Below, in pieces: positions 39,042 through 50,351 of a stretch of 64,000 nt of DNA. Numbering within the stretch: position 1 is the stretch's first letter; every line of letters begins with the position of its first letter. Below the pieces are notes generated by a model that made no database searches, was not told the DNA's origin, and worked only from the letters and a program-made list of their open reading frames with translations. The translations under genes were made by a program, and so were the position numbers. The stretch lies in NCBI RefSeq assembly GCF_055900595.2, contig NZ_CM148325.1. One strand, 5' to 3'.

Positions 39042-41360
39042 ATGAAAATTAGCGACGGAAACTGGTTGATTCAACCTGGCCTCAATTTGATTCACCCGCT
39101 TCAGGTGTTCGAGGTTGAACAGCAGGGTAATGAAATGGTGGTCTATGCTGCCCCCCGTGATGTGCGTGAACGTACCTGGCAGCTTGATACGCCTTTATTT
39201 ACGCTGCGCTTTTTCTCCCCACAGGAAGGTATTGTCGGTGTACGGATTGAGCATTTTCAGGGGGCGCTGAATAACGGTCCTCATTACCCGCTCAATATTT
39301 TGCAGGACGTGAAGGTCACAATCGAAAACACAGAACGTTACGCTGAGTTTAAAAGTGGCAACTTAAGTGCGCGTGTCAGCAAAGGTGAGTTCTGGTCACT
39401 GGATTTTCTGCGCAACGGCGAACGTATTACCGGTAGTCAGGTGAAAAATAATGGCTACGTGCAGGACACGAATAATCAACGAAATTATATGTTTGAGCGG
39501 CTGGATCTTGGCGTTGGCGAAACAGTTTACGGTCTGGGAGAGCGCTTTACGGCCCTGGTGCGCAATGGCCAGACGGTAGAGACCTGGAACCGGGACGGCG
39601 GCACAAGTACTGAACAGGCGTATAAAAATATCCCGTTCTATATGACTAACCGTGGTTATGGTGTACTGGTCAATCATCCCCAATGCGTCTCTTTTGAAGT
39701 GGGATCGGAGAAAGTCTCCAAAGTGCAGTTCAGCGTTGAGAGTGAATATCTCGAATACTTTGTTATCGACGGCCCGACGCCGAAAGCGGTACTTGATCGT
39801 TATACCCGTTTTACTGGTCGTCCGGCGCTGCCGCCCGCGTGGTCCTTCGGCCTGTGGCTAACCACTTCATTTACCACCAACTACGACGAAGCGACGGTAA
39901 ACAGCTTTATCGATGGTATGGCGGAACGCAATCTGCCGCTGCATGTTTTCCACTTTGACTGTTTCTGGATGAAAGCCTTCCAGTGGTGCGATTTTGAGTG
40001 GGACCCGCTGACTTTCCCGGACCCGGAAGGGATGATCCGCCGCCTGAAAGCGAAAGGGCTAAAAATCTGCGTCTGGATTAACCCCTATATCGGGCAAAAA
40101 TCCCCTGTCTTTAAAGAGTTACAAGAGAAAGGTTATTTACTCAAACGCCCGGACGGTTCGCTGTGGCAGTGGGATAAATGGCAGCCAGGTCTGGCGATTT
40201 ATGACTTTACCAATCCGGATGCCTGCAAATGGTACGCCGACAAACTGAAAGGTCTGGTCGCGATGGGCGTTGATTGCTTTAAGACCGACTTTGGCGAACG
40301 TATTCCAACCGATGTTCAATGGTTTGACGGTTCCGATCCGCAGAAAATGCATAACCATTATGCGTACATCTACAACGAACTGGTGTGGAACGTGCTCAAG
40401 GAAACCGTTGGCGAGGAAGAAGCCGTCTTGTTTGCCCGCTCGGCCTCCGTCGGTGCGCAGAAATTCCCGGTACATTGGGGTGGCGACTGTTACGCTAACT
40501 ACGAATCAATGGCGGAAAGCCTGCGCGGTGGTTTGTCTATTGGCCTTTCTGGTTTTGGCTTCTGGAGCCACGATATCGGCGGCTTTGAGAATACCGCTCC
40601 GGCGCACGTTTACAAACGCTGGTGCGCGTTTGGTTTGCTCTCCAGCCATAGCCGTTTACACGGCAGCAAATCTTATCGTGTGCCGTGGGCCTATGATGAT
40701 GAGTCCTGTGATGTGGTGCGCTTCTTCACGCAACTGAAATGCCGCATGATGCCGTATCTGTATCGTGAGGCTGCTCGTGCGAACGCGCGGGGTACGCCGA
40801 TGATGCGGGCCATGATGATGGAGTTTCCGGACGATCCGGCTTGTGATTACCTTGACCGTCAATACATGTTAGGCGACAACGTGATGGTTGCTCCAGTGTT
40901 CACTGAATCGGGCGATGTGCAGTTCTACTTGCCGGAAGGTCGCTGGACACACCTGTGGCACAACGATGAACTCGATGGTAGTCGCTGGCATAAACAGCAG
41001 CACGGCTTCCTGAGTCTGCCCGTTTATGTGCGTGATAACACCCTACTGGCGCTGGGCAACAACGAGCAACGTCCCGATTACGCGTGGCACGAAGGCACGG
41101 CATTCCAGCTCTTTAATCTGCAAGACGGGCATGAAGCCATCTGTGAAGTGCCCGCTGCCGATGGTTCCGTTCTTTTCACCCTGAAAGCGGCGCGTACTGG
41201 CAACACAATTACTGTGAATGGTGCGGGCGTGGCGAAGAACTGGACGCTGTGCTTGCGCAATGTTGTGAAAGTAAATGGTCTGCAAGGCGGTTCGCAGGCT
41301 GAAAGTGAGCAGGGGCTGGTGGTGACGCCTCAAGGGAATGCGCTGACAATTACGTTGTAA
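39042..41360 (+). CDS. yicI: Alpha-xylosidase (GH31), 772 aa
   Basis: 772-aa glycoside hydrolase translation with GH31 catalytic-region motifs (WINPYI..., KTDFGE). Confidence 0.9.
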   Translation: MKISDGNWLIQPGLNLIHPLQVFEVEQQGNEMVVYAAPRDVRERTWQLDTPLFTLRFFSPQEGIVGVRIEHFQGALNNGPHYPLNILQDVKVTIENTERYAEFKSGNLSARVSKGEFWSLDFLRNGERITGSQVKNNGYVQDTNNQRNYMFERLDLGVGETVYGLGERFTALVRNGQTVETWNRDGGTSTEQAYKNIPFYMTNRGYGVLVNHPQCVSFEVGSEKVSKVQFSVESEYLEYFVIDGPTPKAVLDRYTRFTGRPALPPAWSFGLWLTTSFTTNYDEATVNSFIDGMAERNLPLHVFHFDCFWMKAFQWCDFEWDPLTFPDPEGMIRRLKAKGLKICVWINPYIGQKSPVFKELQEKGYLLKRPDGSLWQWDKWQPGLAIYDFTNPDACKWYADKLKGLVAMGVDCFKTDFGERIPTDVQWFDGSDPQKMHNHYAYIYNELVWNVLKETVGEEEAVLFARSASVGAQKFPVHWGGDCYANYESMAESLRGGLSIGLSGFGFWSHDIGGFENTAPAHVYKRWCAFGLLSSHSRLHGSKSYRVPWAYDDESCDVVRFFTQLKCRMMPYLYREAARANARGTPMMRAMMMEFPDDPACDYLDRQYMLGDNVMVAPVFTESGDVQFYLPEGRWTHLWHNDELDGSRWHKQQHGFLSLPVYVRDNTLLALGNNEQRPDYAWHEGTAFQLFNLQDGHEAICEVPAADGSVLFTLKAARTGNTITVNGAGVAKNWTLCLRNVVKVNGLQGGSQAESEQGLVVTPQGNALTITL

Positions 41361-41371
41361 TCTATTGAAGA

Positions 41372-41405
41372 ATGCCGGATACGAATGGTTTTGTGTCGTA
41401 TCCGG
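41372..41405 (+). terminator. Hairpin downstream of yicI (CCGGATACGA...TCGTATCCGG)
   Basis: Inverted repeat 12 nt after the yicI stop; the T-run is weak. Confidence 0.4.
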
Positions 41406-41654
41406 TAAATAATCTCACATCTGGTAATAAATATTTCTTCCATCGTATTTGCGAGCATGATCACGATTATTCATCGCGAAAATGTGATCTGTGCTGAAAA
41501 ATATCCCTTAACCGCCTTGCTTTGTTTTATCACTGTCCGGATTACGGACAGATTTTAGTATTGTTGTGAAATTATTCTGCTTTATATTTACCCTCAGAGA
41601 TGGCAACTGAAGCTCTTCCTCATGGGGCTTCTTAATCTGTGATAAGGGTAAAAA

Positions 41655-43208
41655 ATGCAAATGATTACCTCGCGACAAAACAGATTATTACGATTCCTTC
41701 TACCACGAAGGGAATATACGACTATTGTTACGATTGCCGGCTATTTAAATGTTTCGGAAAAAACCATTCAACGTGATTTACGTTTACTTGAGCAATGGCT
41801 GGGGCAATGGAGAATAAATGTTGAGAAGCGTGCTGGCGCGGGTGTGATGTTAAGCGCGGAGAATATTGCTGATTTGCTGCATCTTGATCATTTGTTGGTG
41901 GCAGAATGTGAAGAGATTGATGGTGTAATGAATAATGCCAGGCGCGTTAAAATAGCGTCGCAGTTATTAAGTGAAACACCGAATGAAACGTCGATCAGTA
42001 AATTGTCAGAACGCTACTTTATCAGCGGAGCCTCTATTGTTAATGACCTGAGAGTAATTGAGTCCTGGCTTGCGCCGTTGGGGTTATCGTTGATCCGCAG
42101 CCCAAGTGGTACGCATATTGAAGGTAGTGAAGGGCAAGTCCGACAGGCAATGGCATTACTGATTAACGGCATTATTAACCATAATGAGCCGCAAGGTGTC
42201 GTGTATTCACGTCTGGATCCCGGAAGCTATAAAGCATTAGTCCATTATTTTGGAGAGGAAGAAGTGTTATTTGTCCAGTCATTGTTACTGGATATGGAAA
42301 ATGAATTAAGTTGGTCTTTGGGAGAACCTTATTACGTTAACATTTTTACTCACATCCTTATTATGATGTATCGCAACACGCACGGGAATGCGTTATCAAG
42401 AGAAGAAGATCAAACCAGGCAATATGATGAAAATATCTTTAATGTTGCCAGTCAGATGATTCATAAGATAGAACAACGAATTGCACATACATTGCCCGAT
42501 GATGAAGTCTGGTTTATTTATCAATATATCATTTCATCAGGTGTGGCGATTGATGGACAAAAAGATGTTAGCATTATTTCACATATGCAGGCCAGCAATG
42601 AAGCGCGTCTGATTACCTGGCGTTTAATTACGGTATTCAGTGACATCGTGGACTGCGATTTTAGTGAAGACAGCGCATTATATGATGGCTTGTTGGTTCA
42701 TATTAAGCCGCTGATTAACCGTTTAAATTATCGCATTCATATCCGTAATCCATTGCTGGAAGATATTAAAGCAGAATTAGCGGATGTCTGGCGGTTGACG
42801 CAATATGTGGTGAATCAGGTATTTAAAACCTGGGGTGAGAATGCAGTGAGCGAGGATGAAGTGGGTTACCTGACCGTTCATTTTCAGGCTGCGATGGAGC
42901 GGCAAATTGCCCGTAAACGTGTATTACTGGTCTGTTCAACCGGAATCGGAACTTCGCATCTACTGAAAAGCCGTATTCTGCGAGCATTTCCTGAATGGAC
43001 GATTGTTGATGTTATTTCAGCAGCGAATTTATCACAGGTTTTGCCTGACAATATCGAACTGATTATTTCGACCATTAATTTGCCTACAGTCACTATGCCG
43101 GTCGCTTATGTTACCGCTTTTTTTAATGATGCCGATATTAAGCGGGTCACTGAAATGGTGATTACGGAAAAATTACATCATGCGACGTCTCGGGTCGTTG
43201 AAATTTAA
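41655..43208 (+). CDS. PRD-containing transcriptional regulator (MtlR/LicR-like; HTH, PRD and PTS EIIB-like domains), 517 aa
   Basis: N-terminal HTH (TIAGYLNVSEKTIQRDLRLL) and C-terminal PTS-IIB-like segment (VLLVCSTGIGTSHLL); precedes PTS genes. Confidence 0.7.
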   Translation: MQMITSRQNRLLRFLLPRREYTTIVTIAGYLNVSEKTIQRDLRLLEQWLGQWRINVEKRAGAGVMLSAENIADLLHLDHLLVAECEEIDGVMNNARRVKIASQLLSETPNETSISKLSERYFISGASIVNDLRVIESWLAPLGLSLIRSPSGTHIEGSEGQVRQAMALLINGIINHNEPQGVVYSRLDPGSYKALVHYFGEEEVLFVQSLLLDMENELSWSLGEPYYVNIFTHILIMMYRNTHGNALSREEDQTRQYDENIFNVASQMIHKIEQRIAHTLPDDEVWFIYQYIISSGVAIDGQKDVSIISHMQASNEARLITWRLITVFSDIVDCDFSEDSALYDGLLVHIKPLINRLNYRIHIRNPLLEDIKAELADVWRLTQYVVNQVFKTWGENAVSEDEVGYLTVHFQAAMERQIARKRVLLVCSTGIGTSHLLKSRILRAFPEWTIVDVISAANLSQVLPDNIELIISTINLPTVTMPVAYVTAFFNDADIKRVTEMVITEKLHHATSRVVEI

Positions 43209-43234
43209 TGTCAGAATTTTATGAGGTATGACGA

Positions 43235-43705
43235 ATGGACATAACAAAAATCCTGAATACGAATCGCGTTATTTTAGATATGCAAGCGACGAATAAAGCG
43301 GAGGCGATTGAAGAATTAACTAATCTTCTCAAAAAAGATGGTGCGATCGATTGTCGGGAAACCTTTATTAAAGATGTCTGGCAGCGCGAAGCGGAAGGCT
43401 CGACTGGTTTTGAAAATCATATTGCGATCCCGCATGGTAAATCTTCAGCTGTGATTAATACTACGCTGGCAATTGGCCGTACCCGGCAGGATATTCCCTG
43501 GGAAACGCTGGATGGCAGTAGCGTGCGCTGTATTATTTTATTTGCGGTACGTCTTGAAGATCAAAATACCACCCATATCCGTTTACTTTCCCAGGTCGCG
43601 GGCGCGCTGGCGGATGATGACATCATAGAACAATTGTTAGTTGAGACGAGTCCGCAAAAAATCATTGATCTCTTTAGTCAGTATGCACAATCCGATGTCT
43701 GCTAA
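43235..43705 (+). CDS. PTS EIIA component, fructose/mannitol family, 156 aa
   Basis: EIIA-2-type translation with candidate phospho-His (IAIPHGK). Confidence 0.75.
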   Translation: MDITKILNTNRVILDMQATNKAEAIEELTNLLKKDGAIDCRETFIKDVWQREAEGSTGFENHIAIPHGKSSAVINTTLAIGRTRQDIPWETLDGSSVRCIILFAVRLEDQNTTHIRLLSQVAGALADDDIIEQLLVETSPQKIIDLFSQYAQSDVC

Positions 43706-43722
43706 ATAACAGGGAGTATGTC

Positions 43723-44037
43723 ATGAATATTGTCTGTGTTGCCGCCTGTACGGCGGGTATTGCTCATACCTATATTGCTCGTGAAAAGTTAATCAAAGGA
43801 GCAAAAGCTCTGGGCCATACCATTAAAGTTGAAACCCAGGGAACCATTGGTACAGAAAATGAATTACAGGCGGCAGATATCTCTGCTGCTGACGTCGTGA
43901 TTCTTGCTGTAGATGTGAAAATAAAAGGAGAAGAACGCTTCACCAATAAACGTATTGTGCGAGTAAAGACAGAGATTGTCATTAAATCGCCCGTTCAATT
44001 TCTTGAAAAGGTCGAAAAATCACTGGGAAACAAATGA
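43723..44037 (+). CDS. PTS EIIB component, fructose family, 104 aa
   Basis: N-terminal VCVAACTAGIAHTY active-site Cys motif. Confidence 0.75.
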   Translation: MNIVCVAACTAGIAHTYIAREKLIKGAKALGHTIKVETQGTIGTENELQAADISAADVVILAVDVKIKGEERFTNKRIVRVKTEIVIKSPVQFLEKVEKSLGNK

Positions 44038-44061
44038 TCCTTATACTGGAGGGATCTTAAT

Positions 44062-45153
44062 ATGAAAGACAATAAAATTCCGGTTTCACAGGAAATTAAA
44101 AAACATTTATTAACCGGCATCTCGTGGATGATACCCCTTATTGTGGCCGCCGGGATATGTATTGCGTTGGGGCAAGTTCTTGGCGGTACAGATGTTGGTG
44201 AAAAAACAGGAACAATCCCGTGGATGCTTAATCAGATTGGCGGCTGGGGAATGGGGCTGATTGTGCCGCTGATTAGCGCGGCAATTGCCTATTCTATTGC
44301 CGATCGTCCTGGATTTGCCCCGGGCCTGATTGTCGGCTTTCTCTGCGGGCAAATCCATACCGGATTTATTGGCGGTATGTTGGGTGGTTTCCTGGTGGGC
44401 TACACCATTTTGCTACTTAAACGCTATATCCGCCTGCCGCAGTCGATGCAAGGACTCATGCCAATCATGGTGTTGCCGGTATTAAGCACCATTATCGGTG
44501 GGCTGTTAATGATGACGCTGATTGGTAAACCCATCGCCTGGTTACAAGAAGCACTGATTCATTTGCTCGAGTCGATGCAGGGCGGATCGCGCTTCCTGAT
44601 GGGGGCCATACTTGGCGCGATGGCAACCTTCGATTTCGGTGGTCCGGTAAATAAAACAATGTCGTTGTTTTCCGATGGCTTGCTGGTCAGCGGCGTCTAT
44701 GGGCCAGAAGCCGTGAAATTTGTCGGCTCAATCATCCCTCCGTTTGGCATCACACTTTCGTTCTTACTGACACGCCATAAATACACCCGTGCGGAGCGCG
44801 AGGCGCTGAAAGCCGCGTTTCCGATGGGGATCTGCATGATCACTGAAGGAGTCATTCCAATCGCCGCGCGTGACTTGCTGCGAGTGGTGGGATCTTGTGT
44901 GGTGGCTTCTGCGGTAGCTGGCGGCTTGATCATGGTGTGGGGCGTGGAGAGTCCGGTTCCGCATGGCGGCCTGTTTGTTGTGCCTTTGTTCACCCATCCT
45001 CTGCTGTTTTGCCTGGCGCTGGGTATAGGCACGGTGATTTGTGGCGTGATGCTTTCACTCTGGAAGAAACCGGTAACGGAACGTGACGAAGAGTTTGACG
45101 AACTGAGCGATCAAAAGCTGAAAGATGAAGAGATCACTTTCACCCTCGAATAA
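44062..45153 (+). CDS. PTS EIIC component, fructose-like, 363 aa
   Basis: Multi-pass membrane protein directly after EIIA and EIIB. Confidence 0.75.
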   Translation: MKDNKIPVSQEIKKHLLTGISWMIPLIVAAGICIALGQVLGGTDVGEKTGTIPWMLNQIGGWGMGLIVPLISAAIAYSIADRPGFAPGLIVGFLCGQIHTGFIGGMLGGFLVGYTILLLKRYIRLPQSMQGLMPIMVLPVLSTIIGGLLMMTLIGKPIAWLQEALIHLLESMQGGSRFLMGAILGAMATFDFGGPVNKTMSLFSDGLLVSGVYGPEAVKFVGSIIPPFGITLSFLLTRHKYTRAEREALKAAFPMGICMITEGVIPIAARDLLRVVGSCVVASAVAGGLIMVWGVESPVPHGGLFVVPLFTHPLLFCLALGIGTVICGVMLSLWKKPVTERDEEFDELSDQKLKDEEITFTLE

Positions 45154-45164
45154 CCGGAGGCCCT

Positions 45165-46016
45165 ATGTTTGCCGATATGAAAAGTATGGTGATGAAAGCC
45201 TGGCATGAACATTACGCCTTGCTGGCGATCAACTGTATGAATCTGGAAAGTGCTCACGCAGCTATCCGCGTGGCGGAGAAGAATCGCGCTCCGATCATTC
45301 TCAATCTCTATCAGGGGCATCTGGCGCATTTTCCTGCACCCGTCGCGGCGGCAGTGGTTAAAACGCTCGCGGAATCTGCCTCAGTACCGGTCGCTCTGGC
45401 GCTTGATCATGGCAAAAATCCGGACTGTATTCGTCAGGCGTTTCGTGCTGGTTTCAGCGGATTAATGATTGATGCTTCTGCTTTTCCCCTGGAGGAAAAC
45501 GTGCGCCAGACCAGGGCGGTGGTGGAACTCGCCGCCGGCGCGCAGCTCTGCGTGGAAGGCGAACTGGGCCATCTGGCAGATGCGCCGCGTTACGACCAGG
45601 CCACCAATGCCGACCTGATGACGCAACCCACTGATGTGGAAACGTTTATCGCGCAGACAGGCATTGATCTACTGGCCGTCTCGGTAGGCACGGCGCACGG
45701 CATGTACGCGCCTGGTGTTGTACCTGCTATTGATTTTCAGCGTCTGGCGGAGATTTTCCACTGCTCGAGCGTGCCTCTGGCATTACATGGCGGTAGCGGT
45801 ACGCCGTTCGATCAGCTCCAGCTCTGTACGACGCTGGGGGTAGCAAAAATCAACGTGGGGGCGGCCATTTTTGAACGGGGGAAATCCGCGCTCCTGCATA
45901 CCCTCTGTCACGATATATCCATTGAACTGGTGGACGCGCTGAAAGCTATGGAACTGGCCTTCGAAGAAGCGGTTACACCGTATTTACAGGCGAGCGGCTC
46001 TATCGGCAAAGCCTGA
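45165..46016 (+). CDS. Class II ketose-bisphosphate aldolase family protein, 283 aa
   Basis: Class II FBP/tagatose-bisphosphate aldolase fold (ALDHG, LHGGSG motifs). Confidence 0.7.
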   Translation: MFADMKSMVMKAWHEHYALLAINCMNLESAHAAIRVAEKNRAPIILNLYQGHLAHFPAPVAAAVVKTLAESASVPVALALDHGKNPDCIRQAFRAGFSGLMIDASAFPLEENVRQTRAVVELAAGAQLCVEGELGHLADAPRYDQATNADLMTQPTDVETFIAQTGIDLLAVSVGTAHGMYAPGVVPAIDFQRLAEIFHCSSVPLALHGGSGTPFDQLQLCTTLGVAKINVGAAIFERGKSALLHTLCHDISIELVDALKAMELAFEEAVTPYLQASGSIGKA

Positions 46017-46096
46017 TTCATTTTCTGTCATGGCCTTTATGCCAGTGCAATAACGCACCGGCAGGGCGGACTACACGCTGAAACTGGAGATTTAAC

Positions 46097-46957
46097 ATGT
46101 TAGTTTCGATGAAAGAATTACTGCAACCTACCCGCCAGCACGGCTTTGCCATTGGCGCATTTAATGTGGCGGATAACTGTTTCCTTCGCGCAGTCGTGGA
46201 TGAAGCAGAAGCGACAAATACTCCGGCGATTATTGCTATCCATCCCAGCGAACATGATTTTGTGGGCGATGCCTTTTTCGCTCACGTTCGCGAAATCACG
46301 CAGCGTAGTCCGGTGCCGTTTGTGCTGCACCTCGATCATGGCGCCTCTGTGGAGCACGTTTTGCGGGCGATTCGCTGTGGATTTACCTCGGTGATGATCG
46401 ACGGTTCGCTGCTGCCGTATGAAGAGAACGTGGCGCTGACCGCAGAAGTGGTTCGCCTGGCTCATGCGGTTGGCGTGTCGGTTGAGGGTGAGCTGGGGAC
46501 CATCGGACAAACAGGAACGTCAGTGGAAGGTGGAGTTTCACAAGTGACCTACACTGACCCGGCGCAAGCCGCCGATTTTATTGCTCGTACAGGGGCCGAC
46601 ACACTGGCGGTAGCGATTGGTACGGCACACGGCATCTATCCGAAAGGGATGCAGCCGAAGCTGCAAATGGACATTTTGCGCGACATTGCCGGGCGCATTG
46701 ATATTCCATTGGTGTTGCACGGTGGTTCGGCAAACCCGGACGCGGAGATTGCTGAATCCGTTACGCTCGGCGTTGGCAAAATCAATATCTCCAGCGATAT
46801 GAAATACGCCTATTTCCAGAAAGTGCGTGAAATTCTCGCTAAAGAGAGCTGGTGGGACCCGAACGTCATCTATCCGGATGCGATTAGCGCGGCGCGGGAA
46901 GTCATTCGCCACAAAATGAAACTGTTCGGTTCGCTCGGTAAAGCATCACTGTACTAA
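46097..46957 (+). CDS. Class II ketose-bisphosphate aldolase family protein, second copy, 286 aa
   Basis: Paralogous class II aldolase (LDHGAS, LVLHGGS motifs). Confidence 0.7.
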   Translation: MLVSMKELLQPTRQHGFAIGAFNVADNCFLRAVVDEAEATNTPAIIAIHPSEHDFVGDAFFAHVREITQRSPVPFVLHLDHGASVEHVLRAIRCGFTSVMIDGSLLPYEENVALTAEVVRLAHAVGVSVEGELGTIGQTGTSVEGGVSQVTYTDPAQAADFIARTGADTLAVAIGTAHGIYPKGMQPKLQMDILRDIAGRIDIPLVLHGGSANPDAEIAESVTLGVGKINISSDMKYAYFQKVREILAKESWWDPNVIYPDAISAAREVIRHKMKLFGSLGKASLY

Positions 46958-47004
46958 GCCAGAAGGGCGGGGTGACCCGCCTTTTACGCAACAAGGAACG
47001 AGAT

Positions 47005-47937
47005 ATGCACTATCTGGGGTTGGATATTGGTGGGACCAAAATCGCCGCCGTCGTCATGGATGCGCATGGCTGGGAGATTCGCCGTTACCGCTGCCCGACG
47101 CAAAAGTCGACATATCAACAATTTGTCTCATGCGTTGTGGCGCTTATCGAGCAGATTAGGCGGGACGTTCAACGACCGATGCTGACAGGGATCGCCTTAC
47201 CCGGCAGTATCTCGCCACTCACTGGCCTGATTAAAAATGCGAATATTCAGGTGATTAACGGTCATGCGTTACAGGCTGATTTGCAGCAATTGCTTGGGCA
47301 ACCGGTGGTGATAGCCAATGATGGTAACTGTTTCGCGCTATCAGAAGCTTGCGACGGTGCCGGGCAAGATTATGATGTGGTATTTGGTATTACGCTTGGC
47401 ACTGGCTGCGGCGGTGGCATTGCCATCAAGCAACGACCGTTTATAGGGGCCTGGGGAAATGCTGCCGAATGCGGTCATATCACGTTGCCAGGCTATACGG
47501 AGCAGGAAGATGGTCCATCAGTCAGTTGCTATTGCGGCAAACACAACTGCGTGGAGTCGTTTGTTTCCGGCAGCGGTTTTAGTGAACGCTATCAACAGAT
47601 GACTGGTAACTTGCTCATTCCTGCGGCGATTGTCACCCTGGCACAACGTGGTGATGCTTGTGCCATGCAGCAGGTGGCACGTTTTCGCCAACAGCTTGCC
47701 CGCACGCTGGCAACCATCGTTAACGTTGTTGACCCTGGCGTGATTGTGATCGGCGGCGGGCTTTCGAATGTGGAACTGCTTATCACCGATCTGAACGCAG
47801 AAGTCGCTCCACTGGTTTTCACCGATCAATTCACCACTCCCATTGTAAAAGCGCAGCACGGCGACAGTAGCGGAATGCGTGGCGCTGCCTGGCTTGCTAT
47901 GCGCAACGGAGAAGCCAATGAAACGCTCACAAATTAA
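47005..47937 (+). CDS. ROK-family sugar kinase, about 310 aa
   Basis: N-terminal LGLDIGGTKIAAVV ATP-binding motif and Cys-rich zinc motif (CGHITLPG...CYCGKHNC); AAGGAA ribosome-binding site upstream of ATG 47005. Confidence 0.7.
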   Translation: MHYLGLDIGGTKIAAVVMDAHGWEIRRYRCPTQKSTYQQFVSCVVALIEQIRRDVQRPMLTGIALPGSISPLTGLIKNANIQVINGHALQADLQQLLGQPVVIANDGNCFALSEACDGAGQDYDVVFGITLGTGCGGGIAIKQRPFIGAWGNAAECGHITLPGYTEQEDGPSVSCYCGKHNCVESFVSGSGFSERYQQMTGNLLIPAAIVTLAQRGDACAMQQVARFRQQLARTLATIVNVVDPGVIVIGGGLSNVELLITDLNAEVAPLVFTDQFTTPIVKAQHGDSSGMRGAAWLAMRNGEANETLTN

Positions 47938-48598
47938 TTATGTTATTGATAAAGCACATGCCATTGCGCAGACCTTCCGCGTTTGTTTGCCAGAGTTCGC
48001 CTATTTTACGGTGGATGACTGGCTGCAGCGGGAACGGGATAACTGGCAAGAAGTAGTCGACTTACAGCTCGGTTGGGATATCACCGATTTTGGTCGTGGT
48101 GATTTCAACCAAACGGGACTAACACTGCTAACGATGCGCAACGGCGCGCTGGGGTCGGCGGCATATCCAAAACCGTATGCTGAGAAAATGTTGCAGATCC
48201 AACAAGATCAGCAGACTCCCTGGCATTTTCACACCCACAAAATGGAAGATATCCTCAATCGGGGCGGTGGAGACTTATGCATGCAGTTGGCCTGGGCCAA
48301 CGAAGCCAATCTCTGTGATGATCAACGAGTCATTACCGTGAGTGTTGATGGTCAGCGGCGTACCATGAAACCTGGTGAAACGCTGGTGCTAAAGCCGGGG
48401 CAGGGCATTTGCCTGCCGCCGCGTCTGTATCATCGCTTCTGGGCGGAAAAAGCGTTTGTTCTCGGCTGGGAAATTTCGATGGTAAATGATGACCAACACG
48501 ATAATTATTTTCTTGAGCCGGGAGGACGTTTTCCGGCGATAGAAGAAGATGAACCGGTGAAATGGTTATTGTGCAGTGAGTATGGAATTTTGCGCTAA
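47918..48598 (+). CDS. Cupin-type sugar isomerase (D-lyxose/D-mannose isomerase-like), about 226 aa
   Basis: Size and sequence resemble the D-lyxose isomerase family; start overlaps the kinase stop by 20 nt. Confidence 0.6.
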   Translation: MKRSQINYVIDKAHAIAQTFRVCLPEFAYFTVDDWLQRERDNWQEVVDLQLGWDITDFGRGDFNQTGLTLLTMRNGALGSAAYPKPYAEKMLQIQQDQQTPWHFHTHKMEDILNRGGGDLCMQLAWANEANLCDDQRVITVSVDGQRRTMKPGETLVLKPGQGICLPPRLYHRFWAEKAFVLGWEISMVNDDQHDNYFLEPGGRFPAIEEDEPVKWLLCSEYGILR

Positions 48599-48607
48599 TA
48601 ACGGGGA

Positions 48608-48644
48608 ACGCTAGCGCTGATATCCGCTAGCGTCCTTATTTTTA
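48608..48644. terminator. Bidirectional hairpin between the sugar operon and convergent yicH
   Basis: ACGCTAGCG-CTGATATC-CGCTAGCGT followed by a T-rich run. Confidence 0.5.
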
Positions 48645-50351
48645 CTGCACCGGCTCCGTCGACGTAACTTCACCACTGGAAACTGCGCCCGCATTCATGG
48701 TTTGAGTCACTTGCTGCTTTGTGGCATTCACGGCATGCAATTGCCCGCTAACCGTAGGTTTCAGCGGGACATTGACCTGAATATCGCCACTGGCGGTAAG
48801 CTGAATATTGCCGTCGCCAGTCAACGGTAGTTCAGGCCATCCCCACTGTTGCAAAATATTCACCGGCACACCGCGTCCATTCAGGCTGATATGGGTCTGA
48901 CGTTGTGGCGTTTGTGAAACACTGGCGGTGGCTTCCAGAATGCCTTTTTCAGTAAATGCACTCAGTTCGCTGATATTCACCGTGCTGCTGTTGGCAGTTA
49001 GCGCCAGCGACGGACGACGGACATCAACACGATTAAACGTTGCGGCGGCGGCATTCAGATTCGCCGAGCCACTCCAGACGCCCCATTTATGATCGGTAAC
49101 CAGCGTCAGATTGGCACCGTAACCATCGAGCGCGGTGAGCTGCCACGGGAAGTCAGGGTCGATATCAATGATCAGATTGCGGCTGGCGCTAAATCTCTTC
49201 AGTTGCAGGCTGTTTAACCAACCGGGTGTCGTTTCCATCCACAACTGTTGCCAGTTTTTTGGCAAGGTATATTCCAGTCCGGCAATTGCCGCATCATCAA
49301 GGATCAACATTTTCCCGTCACGCAACCAGTTCCCTGACGTTCTGACCATGCCCCCTTCCCAGCGGCTGGTGAACTGGCGCAGTGCTACGCCCTGCGGGGA
49401 AAATTCCGCGTTTATAATCGGGTCAAATAAATGCAGCGAACCATAAATGAACTCGCTGGCGTTCATCGACAGTTTGCCTTCCTGTGTCTGCCAGTCATCT
49501 TTACTGAAGGTCATGTTGCGCAAGCTGAGATCGAGGTCGGTCACCGCCCAGTCCGGACCTTGCAGACGAGCGTCAATGACTTCCAGGCGACCAATCTGCA
49601 ACGACGGGACAGAGCGTAATGGCGCAAAGAAGTCGGTTAGCGATTTTTCGCTTTGTAGACGGATATCCGCCAGCCGCAGATTTTCCACTTGCCAGCTGCC
49701 GTCGGCGTTACGCTGCGCGTTTCCGGTTAATGTCCCGCGGGCGATGTCGGCACCCAGGTTAGTCAGCGTAACGCGATCGTTATCAATACTGCCTTCAATC
49801 AGTACATTGGTGGCAGGAACATCATTGAGCGAAAGCGATCCGGCACTAAACTGAATCTGCGCCTTCGTACCCAGCACTTTACCGGCTTCTGGTGACCACG
49901 GAACCACGCCACCATTTACCCGCTGCGCGCTCAGTTTCCATTCGCTATTCGGGCTATTAAACGCCATATCACGCAGTTGCAGACGATCGGCTTTGAACGG
50001 TAGCGGCGCGGTCTGGTCGGTGAGATTCAGCGTCCCGTTTTCCAGTAGGATGGTATCGACATGGCGTGGTTCGGTCAGTTGGCGACTGCTTAGCGCAATG
50101 TCGACACTTTTTGCCACCAGGGTCGCGGGCTGACCATCACGACCAAACGTGACGTTCTCCAGCACGATATGAGATGGCGCGGAAAAACGGTGATCCATCG
50201 CCCCGAAGGCCAGATGATAGTCGCTATTCTCGGAAACCCATGCGCTGATATGTTCTGCTCCCCAGCGGGTTTGCAGAAGAAAATAGAGGCCAGCGATCAC
50301 CACTAACAGAGCGATGAGAATGTAGAGAAGCAGCTTCCCAATAAATTTCAT
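48642..50351 (-). CDS. yicH: AsmA-family protein YicH, 569 aa
   Basis: N-terminal membrane anchor plus long beta-rich periplasmic domain; start chosen at MKFIGKLLLYIL. Confidence 0.8.
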   Translation of the reverse strand: MKFIGKLLLYILIALLVVIAGLYFLLQTRWGAEHISAWVSENSDYHLAFGAMDHRFSAPSHIVLENVTFGRDGQPATLVAKSVDIALSSRQLTEPRHVDTILLENGTLNLTDQTAPLPFKADRLQLRDMAFNSPNSEWKLSAQRVNGGVVPWSPEAGKVLGTKAQIQFSAGSLSLNDVPATNVLIEGSIDNDRVTLTNLGADIARGTLTGNAQRNADGSWQVENLRLADIRLQSEKSLTDFFAPLRSVPSLQIGRLEVIDARLQGPDWAVTDLDLSLRNMTFSKDDWQTQEGKLSMNASEFIYGSLHLFDPIINAEFSPQGVALRQFTSRWEGGMVRTSGNWLRDGKMLILDDAAIAGLEYTLPKNWQQLWMETTPGWLNSLQLKRFSASRNLIIDIDPDFPWQLTALDGYGANLTLVTDHKWGVWSGSANLNAAAATFNRVDVRRPSLALTANSSTVNISELSAFTEKGILEATASVSQTPQRQTHISLNGRGVPVNILQQWGWPELPLTGDGNIQLTASGDIQVNVPLKPTVSGQLHAVNATKQQVTQTMNAGAVSSGEVTSTEPVQ

